Origin: an uncultured Verrucomicrobiae bacterium
GTDB taxonomy: Bacteria; Verrucomicrobiota; Verrucomicrobiia; Chthoniobacterales; JAFAMB01
Length of the DNA stretch: 64,000 nt
Direction of reading: 5' to 3'
NCBI GenBank assembly: GCA_963762565.1
Contig: CAVXLD010000012.1
Coordinates: forward strand, 288,001 to 352,000
In this document: piece after piece, positions 9,401 through 20,303 of the stretch
How the letters are laid out: each line of letters opens with the position of its first letter
Numbering within the stretch: position 1 is the first letter of the stretch
Made by a program: the position numbers and the translations under genes
The notes under the pieces: model-generated
The model's database searches: none
Told to the model about the DNA's origin: nothing
What the model saw: only the letters and a program-made list of their open reading frames with translations

Positions 9401-10603
9401 ATGAAGGCCGGTTTTCTCGATAAGTTGATTGAGCGGATCCGCCGGATTCAGCCGGAGGAAGTGCAGAACTATCTTGCGCGACTGGCGCGGGAAAAAGGGT
9501 TCCTCGAGCGGATCTTTGATGCGCTGCAAGAGGGTGTCATTGTGACCGACACCCAAGGTAAGATTGAGTTTTTGAATGCTGCCGCCGCCCAACTTTTTGG
9601 AGTACCCGATCCGGACAACGCCGCGGGCAAACCGATCGATGATATCTTGCACGGGTTGAGCTGGAATTCGCTTCGTTCCGCGGAGAGCACGGTGAGCCGC
9701 GATATCGAAGTCTTTTATCCCCAGCATCGGTTTCTGAATTTCTATGTGGCCCCGCTGTACTTAGATAAACCGGTACCGGGTTCGAGCGCTGTGATTCAGG
9801 ATCTGATCGCCTTTGCAGTGATTCTGCGAGATATCACTGAAGAACGGCGCAGCGCCGAACGCACGATCGAGAGCGAGAAACTTTCCGCGTTAACTATGTT
9901 AGCTGCAGGCGTCGCTCATGAGATCGGTAACCCCCTAAACTCGCTCAACATTCATCTGCAGCTGATTGAGCGTAAATTAGGACGGTTACCGCCCACTACT
10001 CGTGAGTCCATCGAAGAATCGTTAACAGTTGCCCGATCGGAGATCCAGCGTCTCGATTCTATCGTCCATCAATTTCTGCGAGCGATTCGTCCTACCACCC
10101 CAGCATTTGAGCCTTACCAGGTAAACGATTTGATCAAGGAATCCGTGGCGTTCCTCCAACCCGAGATTGAAGATCGTGATATCCTGGTGGAGACCGATCT
10201 GGACCCTGACTTGCCAATCGTGGAGGTCGATCGCGATCAAATCAAGCAGGCCTTCTACAACATCATTAAGAACGCCTTTCAGGCGATGAAGACCGGAGGC
10301 ATTCTTTATATCAGATCGTGGCCGGATGAAACCTACGTCTCGGTTTCTTTCAGCGATACCGGAGGTGGAATCTCTTCTCAGGACATGACTAAGGTTTTCA
10401 AGCCTTACTTCACTACGAAATCTTCCGGTTCAGGTCTAGGACTGCTCATTGTCAGACGAATCGTTCGTGAACACGGAGGAGAGATGGAGATCGAAAGCAA
10501 CGAAGGCAAAGGAGTCCGCGTCAGCATCCACCTGCCGCATGGAGACAAGCGAACGCGGTTGTTGCAGGATCGGCGGGAACAGGAAGTGATTGGTGAGAGG
10601 TGA
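9401..10603 (+). CDS. Cytoplasmic PAS-domain sensor histidine kinase (NtrB/AtoS-like)
   Basis: PAS (EGVIVTD..G.I..LN.AA), H-box AHEIGNPL, N/G1/F/G2 boxes. Confidence 0.93.
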   Translation: MKAGFLDKLIERIRRIQPEEVQNYLARLAREKGFLERIFDALQEGVIVTDTQGKIEFLNAAAAQLFGVPDPDNAAGKPIDDILHGLSWNSLRSAESTVSRDIEVFYPQHRFLNFYVAPLYLDKPVPGSSAVIQDLIAFAVILRDITEERRSAERTIESEKLSALTMLAAGVAHEIGNPLNSLNIHLQLIERKLGRLPPTTRESIEESLTVARSEIQRLDSIVHQFLRAIRPTTPAFEPYQVNDLIKESVAFLQPEIEDRDILVETDLDPDLPIVEVDRDQIKQAFYNIIKNAFQAMKTGGILYIRSWPDETYVSVSFSDTGGGISSQDMTKVFKPYFTTKSSGSGLGLLIVRRIVREHGGEMEIESNEGKGVRVSIHLPHGDKRTRLLQDRREQEVIGER

Positions 10604-10797
10604 GAGGTGGTTGGTGATTGGTTGGTAGCGCGAAAATCTCGGCGGGCGGAGCGCTCGCCGCGGCTCAAATCCGGCGCGATCAATTATCCGATGAAGCTCA
10701 GCCTTCGGCGCGCCGAGATTTTCGGCCTACCGGCCGCTTACCCGGCCTTCTTTTCTTTCACTGAATACTGATTACTGTTCACTGATTACTATCTCCC

Positions 10798-12177
10798 ATG
10801 CTGGGCACGATTCTTATTGTTGATGATGAAAAGCACACGCGGGAAGGCCTGCGTCAGTCGTTAGAAGAAGAGTTCGATGTCTATACGGCGAGCAATATCG
10901 ATGAGGCGCTTAATGTCCTGGACGCGGACCGGGTCGACCTCGTCTTGACCGATCTGCGGCTTGGCGGTGAAGATGGAATGGCGTTGATCGAGAAGGTGTT
11001 GCAGCGGGCACGTCCGCCGATTTGTATTCTGATGACAGCTTACGGCTCCATCGCCACGGCGGTTGAAGCGATGCGGAAAGGGGTCTACGACTTCGTTACC
11101 AAGCCGATCAATCTCGACGAGCTGGGGATGAAGATCCGCCGGGCAATTAACGGACAGCGACTCGAGCAGGAGAATCAACAACTGAGACAACAGGTCGAGC
11201 AGCGGTTCGGGCTAGAGAGCTTGATCGGTGAATCGCCGGCCATGCATCGGATTTTGGAAACGATCCGCCAGGTTGCTCCCACTCGTGCTACCGTGTTGAT
11301 CCTGGGCGAAAGCGGCACTGGCAAAGAATTGATTGCCCGGGCCATTCACAATCTGAGCAATCGCAATAAAACGCGATTTGTGGCGTTTAATTGTTCGGCG
11401 TTCTCGCCGCAACTGGTTGAGAGTGAATTGTTCGGCCATGAAAAAGGCGCGTTTACCGGTGCGAGTGAACGGCGAATTGGACGTATCGAACAAGCGGCCG
11501 GCGGCACTTTGTTTCTCGATGAGATCGGTGAGATCGATGCGAATGTGCAGGTGAAACTTTTGCGCGCGCTTGATCCCGGAGTCTTCGAAAGGGTTGGCGG
11601 GAACCAAACGATCAAGACCGACATACGATTGATAGCAGCCACTAACCGCGATCTGATGCGTCTCGTCAGCGAGAAGAAGTTTCGAGAAGATCTTTATTAC
11701 CGACTGAATGTGGTTCAGATCCGGGTTCCTCCGCTCAGAGAAAGAAAAGAAGATATCCCGCTGCTAGCCAATGCCTTCCTAAAAGAGATCAGCCAACGCG
11801 ATAACAAAACGTTTCGGCCGCTTTCCCCTGAAGCGATGGATGCGTTATTAGGTTATGATTGGCCTGGCAATATTCGAGAACTGAAGGGCGCCATTGACTC
11901 GGGAGTAACCTTAGCAACCGGCCCGCAAGTTACTCTGACAGATTTACCGCTCACGATCTCTGAAGCCCGGTTCTCCGCTTCCGCCGGCATTGATGAAGCT
12001 GGCGGGCAAATGAACTTACATAACAACGAGCTGCGCCTCATCCTGCGAGCGCTGGAAGAAACTCACGGAAATCGCACTGAGGCCGCTAAGAAGCTAGGGA
12101 TTAGTCGTCGTACGCTTCATCGACGTTTGAAAGAGCTGAACCTCACAACAAGCGAGAGCGAGCAAGAAGGAGCGTGA
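10798..12177 (+). CDS. Sigma54-dependent response regulator (NtrC/AtoC family)
   Basis: Receiver domain, GESGTGKE, GAFTGA, FLDEIGE, C-terminal Fis HTH. Confidence 0.95.
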   Translation: MLGTILIVDDEKHTREGLRQSLEEEFDVYTASNIDEALNVLDADRVDLVLTDLRLGGEDGMALIEKVLQRARPPICILMTAYGSIATAVEAMRKGVYDFVTKPINLDELGMKIRRAINGQRLEQENQQLRQQVEQRFGLESLIGESPAMHRILETIRQVAPTRATVLILGESGTGKELIARAIHNLSNRNKTRFVAFNCSAFSPQLVESELFGHEKGAFTGASERRIGRIEQAAGGTLFLDEIGEIDANVQVKLLRALDPGVFERVGGNQTIKTDIRLIAATNRDLMRLVSEKKFREDLYYRLNVVQIRVPPLRERKEDIPLLANAFLKEISQRDNKTFRPLSPEAMDALLGYDWPGNIRELKGAIDSGVTLATGPQVTLTDLPLTISEARFSASAGIDEAGGQMNLHNNELRLILRALEETHGNRTEAAKKLGISRRTLHRRLKELNLTTSESEQEGA

Positions 12178-12192
12178 GCGCTTTGAAAGAAT

Positions 12193-12344
12193 GGGAGGGA
12201 TCGCGTCCTCGCGATCCGTTATTCGCAGGGCGCCGTGTGTCTCTCGATCCAGCGATGAAAATGCGTCCGGGGTTTGGGAAGCTTTCCCAGCGCGTGAGGA
12301 TCCTCCGTCGCTAAAGCTATGGCGGACAGGCAGCGCGCCCTCCC
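12193..12344. repeat. REP-like doublet family C (GGGAGGGATCGCGTCCTCGCGATCC ... GCGCGCCCTCCC) with mini-element at 12301-12330
   Basis: Other copies at 26455-26576, 32727-32906, 52325-52382. Confidence 0.85.
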
Positions 12345-12353
12345 GAGCCAGGG

Positions 12354-13316
12354 CTATTGGTTATTCGCGAAGCGTGTCCCGACAGGAAGCGGAAAACCAC
12401 GCACGAATTCCCTAGCGCTCATACGCCTTTTCCCTTCCAGTTGAATCTCAAGGAGCAACAGGCTTCCTTCGCCGGAACCAACAATAATTCCGCGCTCGAC
12501 ATGCCGTACCACGGTTCCCGGAGCGCCTGCCAACCGGTGTATCGGTAGAACCCGATGTAACTTTAACCGGAGCAATTTCCCGGAAAAATCGAGCACCGTG
12601 TAGGCGCCAGGCCATGGATTCATCGCTCGAACCAATCGGTCCAGGTAAAACGCTGGTCGGGTCCAATCGATCCGCCCTGTGTCACGATCGAGTTTAGGAG
12701 CGTAATTGGCCTGAGACTCATCCTGTTTGATGCGCGGCGCAGTTCCGGCTGCTAATCGGGCGATGGTCTCCTCCAGTATGGCTGGGCCGAGCTCAGCCAA
12801 TCGATCATGTAATGAACCGCCGGTCTCGCGATGCTGAATCGCGATAGAATGCTGAAGGATGATATCACCAGTATCGAGTCCTTCTGCCATGTACATCGTG
12901 GTGATCCCAGTTCGACGATCACCAGCTAGAATGGATGCTTGAATCGGGGCTGCGCCCCGGTGCTGCGGTAAGAGAGAAGCGTGTAGATTGATACAAGCGA
13001 TCTTTGGCATCTCCAAAAGCGATTTGGGCAAGATCTGCCCGTAAGCCATAACGACGATCAAATCGGGCGAAAGAGCTTGGATTTCGACCAGCGCATCTGG
13101 CTTACGAACTTTTGTTGGTTGTAAAACCGGTACACCGAGACTGCCCGCCAGCTCTTTGGTCGGAGGCGCCGTCAATTTCTGAGCCCGACCCACCGGTTTA
13201 TCGGGCTGGGTCACAACCCCAACTAGCTGAATATGCGGCGCGGATCCCAACCAGCGCAGAGACGAAAGGCCAATTTCCCCGCTCCCCATAAAAACGACGC
13301 GAAGAGACGCAGCCAC
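12354..13316 (-). CDS. fmt: Methionyl-tRNA formyltransferase
   Basis: VVFMG, VTQPDKPVGR, INLHASLLP..RGAAPI, GLDTGDI. Confidence 0.97.
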   Translation of the reverse strand: MAASLRVVFMGSGEIGLSSLRWLGSAPHIQLVGVVTQPDKPVGRAQKLTAPPTKELAGSLGVPVLQPTKVRKPDALVEIQALSPDLIVVMAYGQILPKSLLEMPKIACINLHASLLPQHRGAAPIQASILAGDRRTGITTMYMAEGLDTGDIILQHSIAIQHRETGGSLHDRLAELGPAILEETIARLAAGTAPRIKQDESQANYAPKLDRDTGRIDWTRPAFYLDRLVRAMNPWPGAYTVLDFSGKLLRLKLHRVLPIHRLAGAPGTVVRHVERGIIVGSGEGSLLLLEIQLEGKRRMSAREFVRGFPLPVGTRFANNQ

Positions 13317-13382
13317 GGAGACAAAGAAGGTCAGGAGTGCAAGGAGTGCAAGGAGGTGATGCGATCAGGCGAGGATCCAACT

Positions 13383-13656
13383 GGAGGGGAGCCGCTTTGG
13401 ATCGTACTAAAAGACCCCGCGATATTTGTCTTGGTGCGAGCGCGACAAAAATCTCGTTAAACAGGCGGCTCCCGGGAACGTTTCGACGCTTGGTAGGTTT
13501 ATCTACGCGTATGAATAATCTCCGAACCGACCGCTGGACAAGACATCGCGCGCGGTAATTCGCGGGAGCCGCCTGTTTAACATCCAGTTCGGCTTTCCCG
13601 ACGCTGGAAAGAAAACGACGATATCGTTAGGGCACGACCCAAAGCGGCTCCCCTCC
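13383..13656. repeat. REP-like doublet family B (GGAGGGGAGCCGCTT-N65-AGGCGGCTCCC and mirror copy)
   Basis: Other copies at 14493-14584 and 48584-48780. Confidence 0.85.
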
Positions 13657-13673
13657 AGGCTCGATGTCCGCCG

Positions 13674-14282
13674 CTACGCGTTGAAAGTCAACGAGCCGTT
13701 TCTGGTCTCCCAAATCTTGGAAAGAATATCCAAGGAGACTTTCACTGGTGGCTGACTAGCGTCGATCTTGGTGACAATACCGGCAAAATGCTCTAAAATC
13801 GGTTTCGTTTCCTCCTCGTAAAGCGCAAGTCGATGCTGGATCACTGCTTCGCTGGCGTCGTCCAAGCGGTTTTCCTTCAACGCCCGTTTTCGAATCCGTC
13901 GCACCAGCTCCTGACGGTTTGCACAGGAGAGATGAAAAACCTGTTTTACATCGATCATCGGGACCATCAATTCAGCCTGGGCTACATTTCTGGGTATTCC
14001 ATCAAGGATCATGACGTCGATGTCGGGCTTGAATCTAGCGGCTCCTACCTGAGCGTCGATACTCTGGTGCCATAGCTCGATCGTAAGATCGTCCGGAACC
14101 AGTAAACCTTCACTTGAGTATTCGATAAACTTTTTGCCAATTGGCGTCCGCGTATCCAGTTGGCGAAACACTTCGCCGCACGCAAAATGAAAAAATCTCG
14201 GCACATTACCGAGAATTTTACCCTGTGTACCTTTACCGCCGCCCGGCGGACCGACAAGCAGATAGCTAACGTAACGATTCAT
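13674..14282 (-). CDS. adk: Adenylate / nucleoside monophosphate kinase
   Basis: P-loop GPPGGGKGT, G.LVPD, LDGIPRN..QA, R.DD...I..RL..Y..ET. Confidence 0.88.
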   Translation of the reverse strand: MNRYVSYLLVGPPGGGKGTQGKILGNVPRFFHFACGEVFRQLDTRTPIGKKFIEYSSEGLLVPDDLTIELWHQSIDAQVGAARFKPDIDVMILDGIPRNVAQAELMVPMIDVKQVFHLSCANRQELVRRIRKRALKENRLDDASEAVIQHRLALYEEETKPILEHFAGIVTKIDASQPPVKVSLDILSKIWETRNGSLTFNA

Positions 14283-14360
14283 TGGTTCTAGGGGGTCCCT
14301 TTTGTCCCTTGGTTAAGTGCCTAGATTCTCTCCGTTTCGTGCAACCGGCAACCGTAAAAA

Positions 14361-14676
14361 AAGTAATCAGTAATCAGGTAGGTCAGTAATCAGTTTCAGG
14401 AAGCAGGAGCGAGAATCCAGGAGCCAGGAGGACCCGGGTCGGGCGGGCGTCCAACTGGCATGCCCACAAACCTCTTCGCGCTGAGTCGTTCCCGGGAGCC
14501 GCCTGCTTAGAGAATTTGCGGACATGCACGCGCAGAGACAAATACCGTTGGGTCTCTTGGCACGATCGAAAGCGGCTCCCCTCCGGCGCGCACTGACTAC
14601 CCAGCGCCTCCTGACTCCTGGATTCTGGCTCCTGGCTCCTACACTGATTACTGCCCTACCTGATTATTGATTACTT
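14361..14676. repeat. Nested palindrome: GTAATCA outer arms, AGGAGCC inner arms, family-B REP core
   Basis: Read directly; arms are mirrored. Confidence 0.85.
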
Positions 14677-14730
14677 TCAGGCCACGTATCTGCGGTTGCG
14701 CTGCGGGCAAGGTTAGCGAAGGTTTACTCT

Positions 14731-15171
14731 GTGAATCGCCGGCCCCGAGCCTTTCGTTTGTTTCAGATCCAAGGAAAATTAGGGGACGTGGCTTATGAGA
14801 TGACGCGCGTCAATTTCTCGCGTTTGCAATCGGGTGAGAACCGGTGGCAACCTGCGGTGAACATGTTTGTTTGTCCGCGCTGCCTTCGCATTTGCGCCGA
14901 TCTTGCTGGAGTTGATCCTGAAGAGGTCGAGCTTTCGGTCAGCAACGGAAAGCTCTTGATCAGCGGATACCGTCCCGCGCCGGAACCAAGTTCTGAACCG
15001 GAAGTAGAGGTGGGCCGCGTCAAGGCCGTGCGAGTTTTAGCCATGGAGATCGATTACGGCGGCTTCGTCCGCGAGATTACATTGCCCGACGATGTCGACC
15101 TGGATCGGGTAAAAACCGATTGGAATAATGGGATTCTTTGGATCCATATCCCGCGCCGGTCGCACGCCTGA
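14731..15171 (+). CDS. Hsp20/alpha-crystallin small heat-shock protein
   Basis: DLAGVDPEEV, L.ISG.R, EIDYG.F.R.I.LP..VD...V.....NG.L.I.IP. Confidence 0.9.
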   Translation: MNRRPRAFRLFQIQGKLGDVAYEMTRVNFSRLQSGENRWQPAVNMFVCPRCLRICADLAGVDPEEVELSVSNGKLLISGYRPAPEPSSEPEVEVGRVKAVRVLAMEIDYGGFVREITLPDDVDLDRVKTDWNNGILWIHIPRRSHA

Positions 15172-15252
15172 GCCATCCAGGCTATGGCGTGCGCATGCTC
15201 CGGCGACGCCGGATCATGCGCTCGTTTATCCGAATCAAACTTTCTCTAGAAA

Positions 15253-17763
15253 ATGACACCATCGGACCAGAATCCTTTTAACGGAGGCTTCGAACACCCT
15301 ATGTCTGCGTCTCCTGATGACCGGGCAGATTTACGCGAGTCTGGCGTGACGGGAGACGGGAGTCAGCAACCAGAGGTCGCCGGCGATGACAACGCCGCCC
15401 GGAAATCCGGAACTGCCGGTTCGGAACTCGACATCGCTATTCTTCCTTTACGAAATGTCGTCATCTTTCCCGGGATGGTTGTACCTCTCACCATTGGGCG
15501 TCCATCCGCGTTGAAGCTGATCGACAACGAGCTTCCGGAAAACAAACAGCTCGGGCTGGTGACGCAACGAAGTGAGAGCCAGGAAAAGCCTGCAGTCGAC
15601 GATCTTTATCCGGTGGGCGTTTTAGCGCAGGTACTTAAGCTGGTCCGGCATGACGACGGGACCGCCGTCCTGTTTGTCCAAGCGCAACAACGCATCAAGA
15701 TCGTCGAGTTTCAGCAAGTCGAGCCCTATTTCCGGGCACGGGTTGCCGATTTGCTTACGATCACGCCGGAGCCGCAGAGCAAGGAGCTGGAAGCCTCGTT
15801 TAACAATTTGAAGCAAGCAGCAGGCCGGTTACTTGATCTTTCGCCCGATATTCCGGAACAAGCGCGGGCGGTTCTAGCTAATGTCGCCAACCCGGAACAA
15901 CTGGCGGATTTGCTCTCGGGCAACCTGGCCATTGAGACCCCGGTGAAGCAGCGAATCTTGGAGGAACCGGATTTGCTGCAAAGGATACGACTGGTCCAGG
16001 AAGCATTGCAGCGCCAAATCGAGATTGCCGAGCTCCAGCAAAAACTGCGGCAGGATGTCGAAGGCCATTTTTCCGATAGCCAACGCCGGGCCTATCTCCG
16101 GGAACAACTCCACGCTATTCAGCGCGAATTGGGTGAAGAGGAGCCCGGTGACGAAGAGCAGGTAGCTCAACTCCGAAAGAAATTGACGGACGCCGGAGCG
16201 CCACCGCCGGTAATGGAAGTGGCTGAGAAGGAATTAAAACGACTAGCGCATATTCCAAGCGCCAGCCCTGAAAGCTCGGTGATCCTCTCTTACGTTGAGA
16301 TGCTGGCCGATCTTCCTTGGGGAAAACGAACTGAGGACCTCCGTGATCTCGCCAAAGCGCAGGAGATCCTTGATCGCGACCATTTTGGACTCGAGAAAGT
16401 CAAACGCCGTATCGTCGAGTTCCTGGCTGTACGCCAATTGAACCCGGAAGGACGGAGCCCCATTCTCTGTTTTATCGGACCTCCTGGGGTCGGTAAGACG
16501 AGTCTCGGTCAATCGATCGCCGATGCGTTAGGTCGCAAGTTTTCTCGGATTTCGTTGGGCGGTATCCGGGACGAAGCCGAAATCCGAGGCCATCGTCGTA
16601 CTTACATCGGCTCCATGCCGGGAAGAATCATTCAAGAAATTCGCCGCTTGGGTACCAGGAATCCTGTGTTGGTTTTGGACGAGTTAGATAAGGTGGGGTC
16701 CGATATGCGCGGTGATCCCTCGAGCGCCCTTTTGGAGGTGCTAGATCCTCGTCAGAACAACGCGTTTGTCGATCGTTACCTGGATGTTCCATTCGATCTG
16801 AGCCAGGTGATTTTCATCGGGACCGCCAACTACGTCGAAGGGATCCCGGCTCCGTTGCGCGACCGGATGGAGATGATTGCGATCCCCGGATACACGGAGA
16901 CAGAAAAGCTCCGGATCGCGCAAAATTACCTGGTGCCTCGTCAACTCCAGGAGAACGGCTTGAAGCCGGAACAGTTCCGGTTCTCCGAAGAAGCGATCCT
17001 CGCCATTATTCAGGAGTACACTTACGAAGCCGGCGTTCGTGATCTTGAGCGGAGAATTGCCGCCGTCTGCCGCAGTGTCGCCGCCGAGATTGCCAGAGGA
17101 ATCCACGCAACTGGTCTGGAAGCGTCCGCTTCTTACGTGCGCGGGATTCTGGGAAATGCAGCCCGTAGTGTCCGAGAGCAAAAGTTGAGCGAGAACTTGG
17201 TCGGGGTCGTGACTGGGTTGGCTTACACACCGACCGGTGGCGACATTTTATTTATCGAAGCCACCAGATATCCGGGTAGAGGCGGGCTGATGCTAACGGG
17301 TCAGGTTGGTGACGTGATGCGAGAATCAATGCAAGCTGCCTATAGCCTGGTTCGGAGTCGTGCGAAGCGGCTCGGTATCGATCCTGAAAGTTTCTCTGAA
17401 AGCGACGTCCATATTCATGTTCCAAGCGGTGCTGTGCCCAAAGATGGTCCTAGCGCCGGAGTTGCTATCAGTACGGCAATCGCCAGCTTGTTCAGCGGTT
17501 ATCCAGTCAGAAACGATGTGGCGATGACCGGCGAGATCACGCTGCGCGGCGCCGTGTTACCCATCGGCGGACTAAAAGAAAAGAGTCTCGCCGCCTTGCG
17601 CGCCGGCGTTGATGTGGTGCTCTTCCCCAAAGCCAACGAAAAAGACCTCGAAGAAGTGACCGCCGAAGCCAAACAGCGCCTTCAATTCCATCCCGTCAGC
17701 ACCATCGACGAAGTGTTCAACGAAGCGTTGGTCAAACCCCAACCGCAGACGAGCGCAGATTGA
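15253..17763 (+). CDS. lon: ATP-dependent Lon protease
   Basis: [35 protein letters not shown] catalytic Ser, GGLKEK. Confidence 0.98.
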   Translation: MTPSDQNPFNGGFEHPMSASPDDRADLRESGVTGDGSQQPEVAGDDNAARKSGTAGSELDIAILPLRNVVIFPGMVVPLTIGRPSALKLIDNELPENKQLGLVTQRSESQEKPAVDDLYPVGVLAQVLKLVRHDDGTAVLFVQAQQRIKIVEFQQVEPYFRARVADLLTITPEPQSKELEASFNNLKQAAGRLLDLSPDIPEQARAVLANVANPEQLADLLSGNLAIETPVKQRILEEPDLLQRIRLVQEALQRQIEIAELQQKLRQDVEGHFSDSQRRAYLREQLHAIQRELGEEEPGDEEQVAQLRKKLTDAGAPPPVMEVAEKELKRLAHIPSASPESSVILSYVEMLADLPWGKRTEDLRDLAKAQEILDRDHFGLEKVKRRIVEFLAVRQLNPEGRSPILCFIGPPGVGKTSLGQSIADALGRKFSRISLGGIRDEAEIRGHRRTYIGSMPGRIIQEIRRLGTRNPVLVLDELDKVGSDMRGDPSSALLEVLDPRQNNAFVDRYLDVPFDLSQVIFIGTANYVEGIPAPLRDRMEMIAIPGYTETEKLRIAQNYLVPRQLQENGLKPEQFRFSEEAILAIIQEYTYEAGVRDLERRIAAVCRSVAAEIARGIHATGLEASASYVRGILGNAARSVREQKLSENLVGVVTGLAYTPTGGDILFIEATRYPGRGGLMLTGQVGDVMRESMQAAYSLVRSRAKRLGIDPESFSESDVHIHVPSGAVPKDGPSAGVAISTAIASLFSGYPVRNDVAMTGEITLRGAVLPIGGLKEKSLAALRAGVDVVLFPKANEKDLEEVTAEAKQRLQFHPVSTIDEVFNEALVKPQPQTSAD

Positions 17764-18039
17764 CAGATAGGGCTCACACAAAGGCACGAAGGCAGAAAGA
17801 AGAGAAGGCAGATACGATACGCAGATTACGCAGATTACGCGTGAGGTGTGAATGTGACCGGGGCTAGACGCACGCGATACGAGGAACACGATCTCCTTTA
17901 GAGCTCTTTTTTTTGCGATCTTTGCGCCCACGCCCGCAACGCTTCGCGTAGCGGTGCGGGCGGGTCTTTTTGCGGCTATTGAATCTTCGTGCCTTCGTGC
18001 CTTTGTGTGAGCCTCTCTTATCTGCGTCGATCTGCGGTT
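17754..18039. repeat. Nested 9-mer palindromic element (same family as 8886-9383)
   Basis: CTCACACAAAGGCACGAAGGC ... GCCTTCGTGCCTTTGTGTGAG; CGCAGAT/ATCTGCG arms. Confidence 0.88.
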
Positions 18040-18151
18040 AAGGTTTTCTGTTTCGGATCAATTCGCGGGGGCGATTGAAAATATCGATGTCGGTTAGCGT
18101 TGCGACCTTTGGCCGGATCGCGTTTACTCGGAGTTCCCTTTCGGGTGACGT

Positions 18152-20152
18152 ATGGCTCGCTTCTTCGATCTTAACCCCCAGCAACAAGCGGCGGTAAAGT
18201 GTACAGAGGGACCACTTCTCGTACTGGCCGGGGCCGGGACCGGTAAGACCCGGGTGATCACGATGCGGATCGCCTACCTGCTGCATCAGGGAGCGTCGCC
18301 CGATAGTATCTTGGCGGTGACGTTTACTAACAAAGCCGCTAACGAGATGCGAGGCCGGGTCGCTCAGTTAGTGGATAAGGCCGAAGCGAAGAAGATCACA
18401 GTTTGTACTTTCCACTCACTTTGTGTTCGCGTCTTGCGCCAGGATATTGAGCGGCTGGGCTACAAATCTAACTTCGCCATTTATGATGAAGGCGATCAGC
18501 TGGGATTGATTCGCAAGATCATCGCCCGGATCTCAGCCAAGAACGAAAAGTTGGATCCTAATCTGGCCAAGAATTTAATTAGCCGAGCCAAGAACGAACA
18601 TTGGAAAATCAAAGAACCCGGGGGTGAATCCAGTTTGCCGGCAGCGGTGTTCCATCGTTATCAGGAAGATTTGAAAGCCGCTAATGCGGTTGATTTCGAC
18701 GATCTCTTGATCTTAACCGTCGGCCTTTTCGAACAGCATTCGGACGTCGCCCAGAAATGGCAAAACCGGTTTCTTTACGTCATGGTAGACGAATTCCAGG
18801 ATACCAACCGGCTGCAGCTCGAACTGATTCTTTATCTGGGAGCAAACCATCGAAACGTCTGTGTCGTTGGTGATGACGATCAGAGCATTTACGGTTGGCG
18901 TGGCGCCGAAGTAGCCAATATTTTGGAGTTCGAACATCACTTCCCAAATCCGGAAATTGTAAAGCTCGAACAAAATTATCGAAGCACGACCGCGATCCTG
19001 GGTGCTGCTAACAGTATTATCCGGCATAACCCCGGACGGCGTCCAAAATCGCTCTGGAGCCAGAACGGTGAAGGCGAAAAAGTGACCGTGATCGAAGTCC
19101 CGGACGATCACGAAGAAGCAAGTTTTGTGATATCCGAGATTCAGAAACGGCAACAGATTGGCAATCTGACTTGGAACCGGTTTGCCGTCATTTTCCGGAT
19201 GAACACTCAATCCCGGTTGCTGGAAGAAAATCTCCGCCGGCTCCGTATTCCCTATCGCATCATCGGTGGGCGCAGTTTCTTCGAGCGTCGCGAAATAAAA
19301 GATATCCTGGCTTATCTTTCCTGTTTAGCTAATCCAAACGATGATCTTAACTTATTGCGAATTGTTAATACTCCGACTCGGGGAATTGGTAGTTCCACCA
19401 TTGAACTTGCGGTAGCCGAAAGTAATCAGCACAAAACCAGTGTCTATGAGACCTTGCGGTCGCCGGCATTCTTGGATCTGTTAAGCTCACGGACCAAGGC
19501 AGCGGTAGAGAAGTTCAGCGAACTACTCGATCGCTATGAAACGGAACTGCTTCAACCGTTAGCTAACTTGAGCGCAGTCGTCGATAAACTTTTATGGGAG
19601 ATCGACTATTCCGGGGAGCTCAGACGAAGTTGTAAAACACCGGACGAGGTTTTGAACCGGGAAGAGAATGTGCGCGAGTTAGTTCGAACACTGGGCGATT
19701 TCCAGAGCCGATCGACGGATGGTTTAACGGGTTTCTTAGCGGAGGTGACGTTAGATCAGGATCGGGAGGAAAAATCGGAGAACGATCATGACGGCGTGAC
19801 GCTGATCACCTTTCATGCGGCCAAAGGGCTGGAGTTTCCGCATGTGTTTCTGGTCGGGATTGAGGAAGGCATCTTGCCACATGACCGCTCGAAGGTGGAC
19901 GGCCAGCTAGACGAAGAACGCCGCCTATTCTATGTCGGGATCACCCGCGCAATGGAGTCCTTAACTATCACTCATTGCACCGGCCGAATGAAATACGGGA
20001 GCGCAAGTCCTTGTCACCCAAGTAGTTTCCTGAAAGACCTGGATCCTGCGTGCGTGGAAATTGTTAGTTATCACGTCATCGCGAACCAGCCCGCCAGTGA
20101 AGTAACGGCGCGCACCCATTTCGCCAAGATGCGCGAACTTCTAGGGCAATAG
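18152..20152 (+). CDS. UvrD/PcrA/Rep SF1 DNA helicase
   Basis: AGAGTGKT, TFTNKAA, DEFQD, VGDDDQSIYGWRGA, H.AKGLEF, EERRLFYVGITRA. Confidence 0.97.
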   Translation: MARFFDLNPQQQAAVKCTEGPLLVLAGAGTGKTRVITMRIAYLLHQGASPDSILAVTFTNKAANEMRGRVAQLVDKAEAKKITVCTFHSLCVRVLRQDIERLGYKSNFAIYDEGDQLGLIRKIIARISAKNEKLDPNLAKNLISRAKNEHWKIKEPGGESSLPAAVFHRYQEDLKAANAVDFDDLLILTVGLFEQHSDVAQKWQNRFLYVMVDEFQDTNRLQLELILYLGANHRNVCVVGDDDQSIYGWRGAEVANILEFEHHFPNPEIVKLEQNYRSTTAILGAANSIIRHNPGRRPKSLWSQNGEGEKVTVIEVPDDHEEASFVISEIQKRQQIGNLTWNRFAVIFRMNTQSRLLEENLRRLRIPYRIIGGRSFFERREIKDILAYLSCLANPNDDLNLLRIVNTPTRGIGSSTIELAVAESNQHKTSVYETLRSPAFLDLLSSRTKAAVEKFSELLDRYETELLQPLANLSAVVDKLLWEIDYSGELRRSCKTPDEVLNREENVRELVRTLGDFQSRSTDGLTGFLAEVTLDQDREEKSENDHDGVTLITFHAAKGLEFPHVFLVGIEEGILPHDRSKVDGQLDEERRLFYVGITRAMESLTITHCTGRMKYGSASPCHPSSFLKDLDPACVEIVSYHVIANQPASEVTARTHFAKMRELLGQ

Positions 20153-20303
20153 GGAATCTCGCGACAGGCGGAGTCTCGGCAATGGATCCGGCAGAGAGAT
20201 TACCTTTGTCCCGGAGGGACTGAATGATAGACCGAGGGCGGCTGCGCCGGCTTCCAGCGCAGCGACTCCTAGCTTCTAGATTGTGGCTCCTAGCTCCTAA
20301 TCC

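Noticed and set aside
9212..9727. 171-aa minus-strand ORF
   Set aside because: Antisense to the kinase and runs through 9-mer repeats (RRLHRLRRL)
14283..14730. CIRCE/HrcA operator upstream of hsp20-lon
   Set aside because: No TTAGCACTC-N9-GAGTGCTAA seen; the region is filled by repeats
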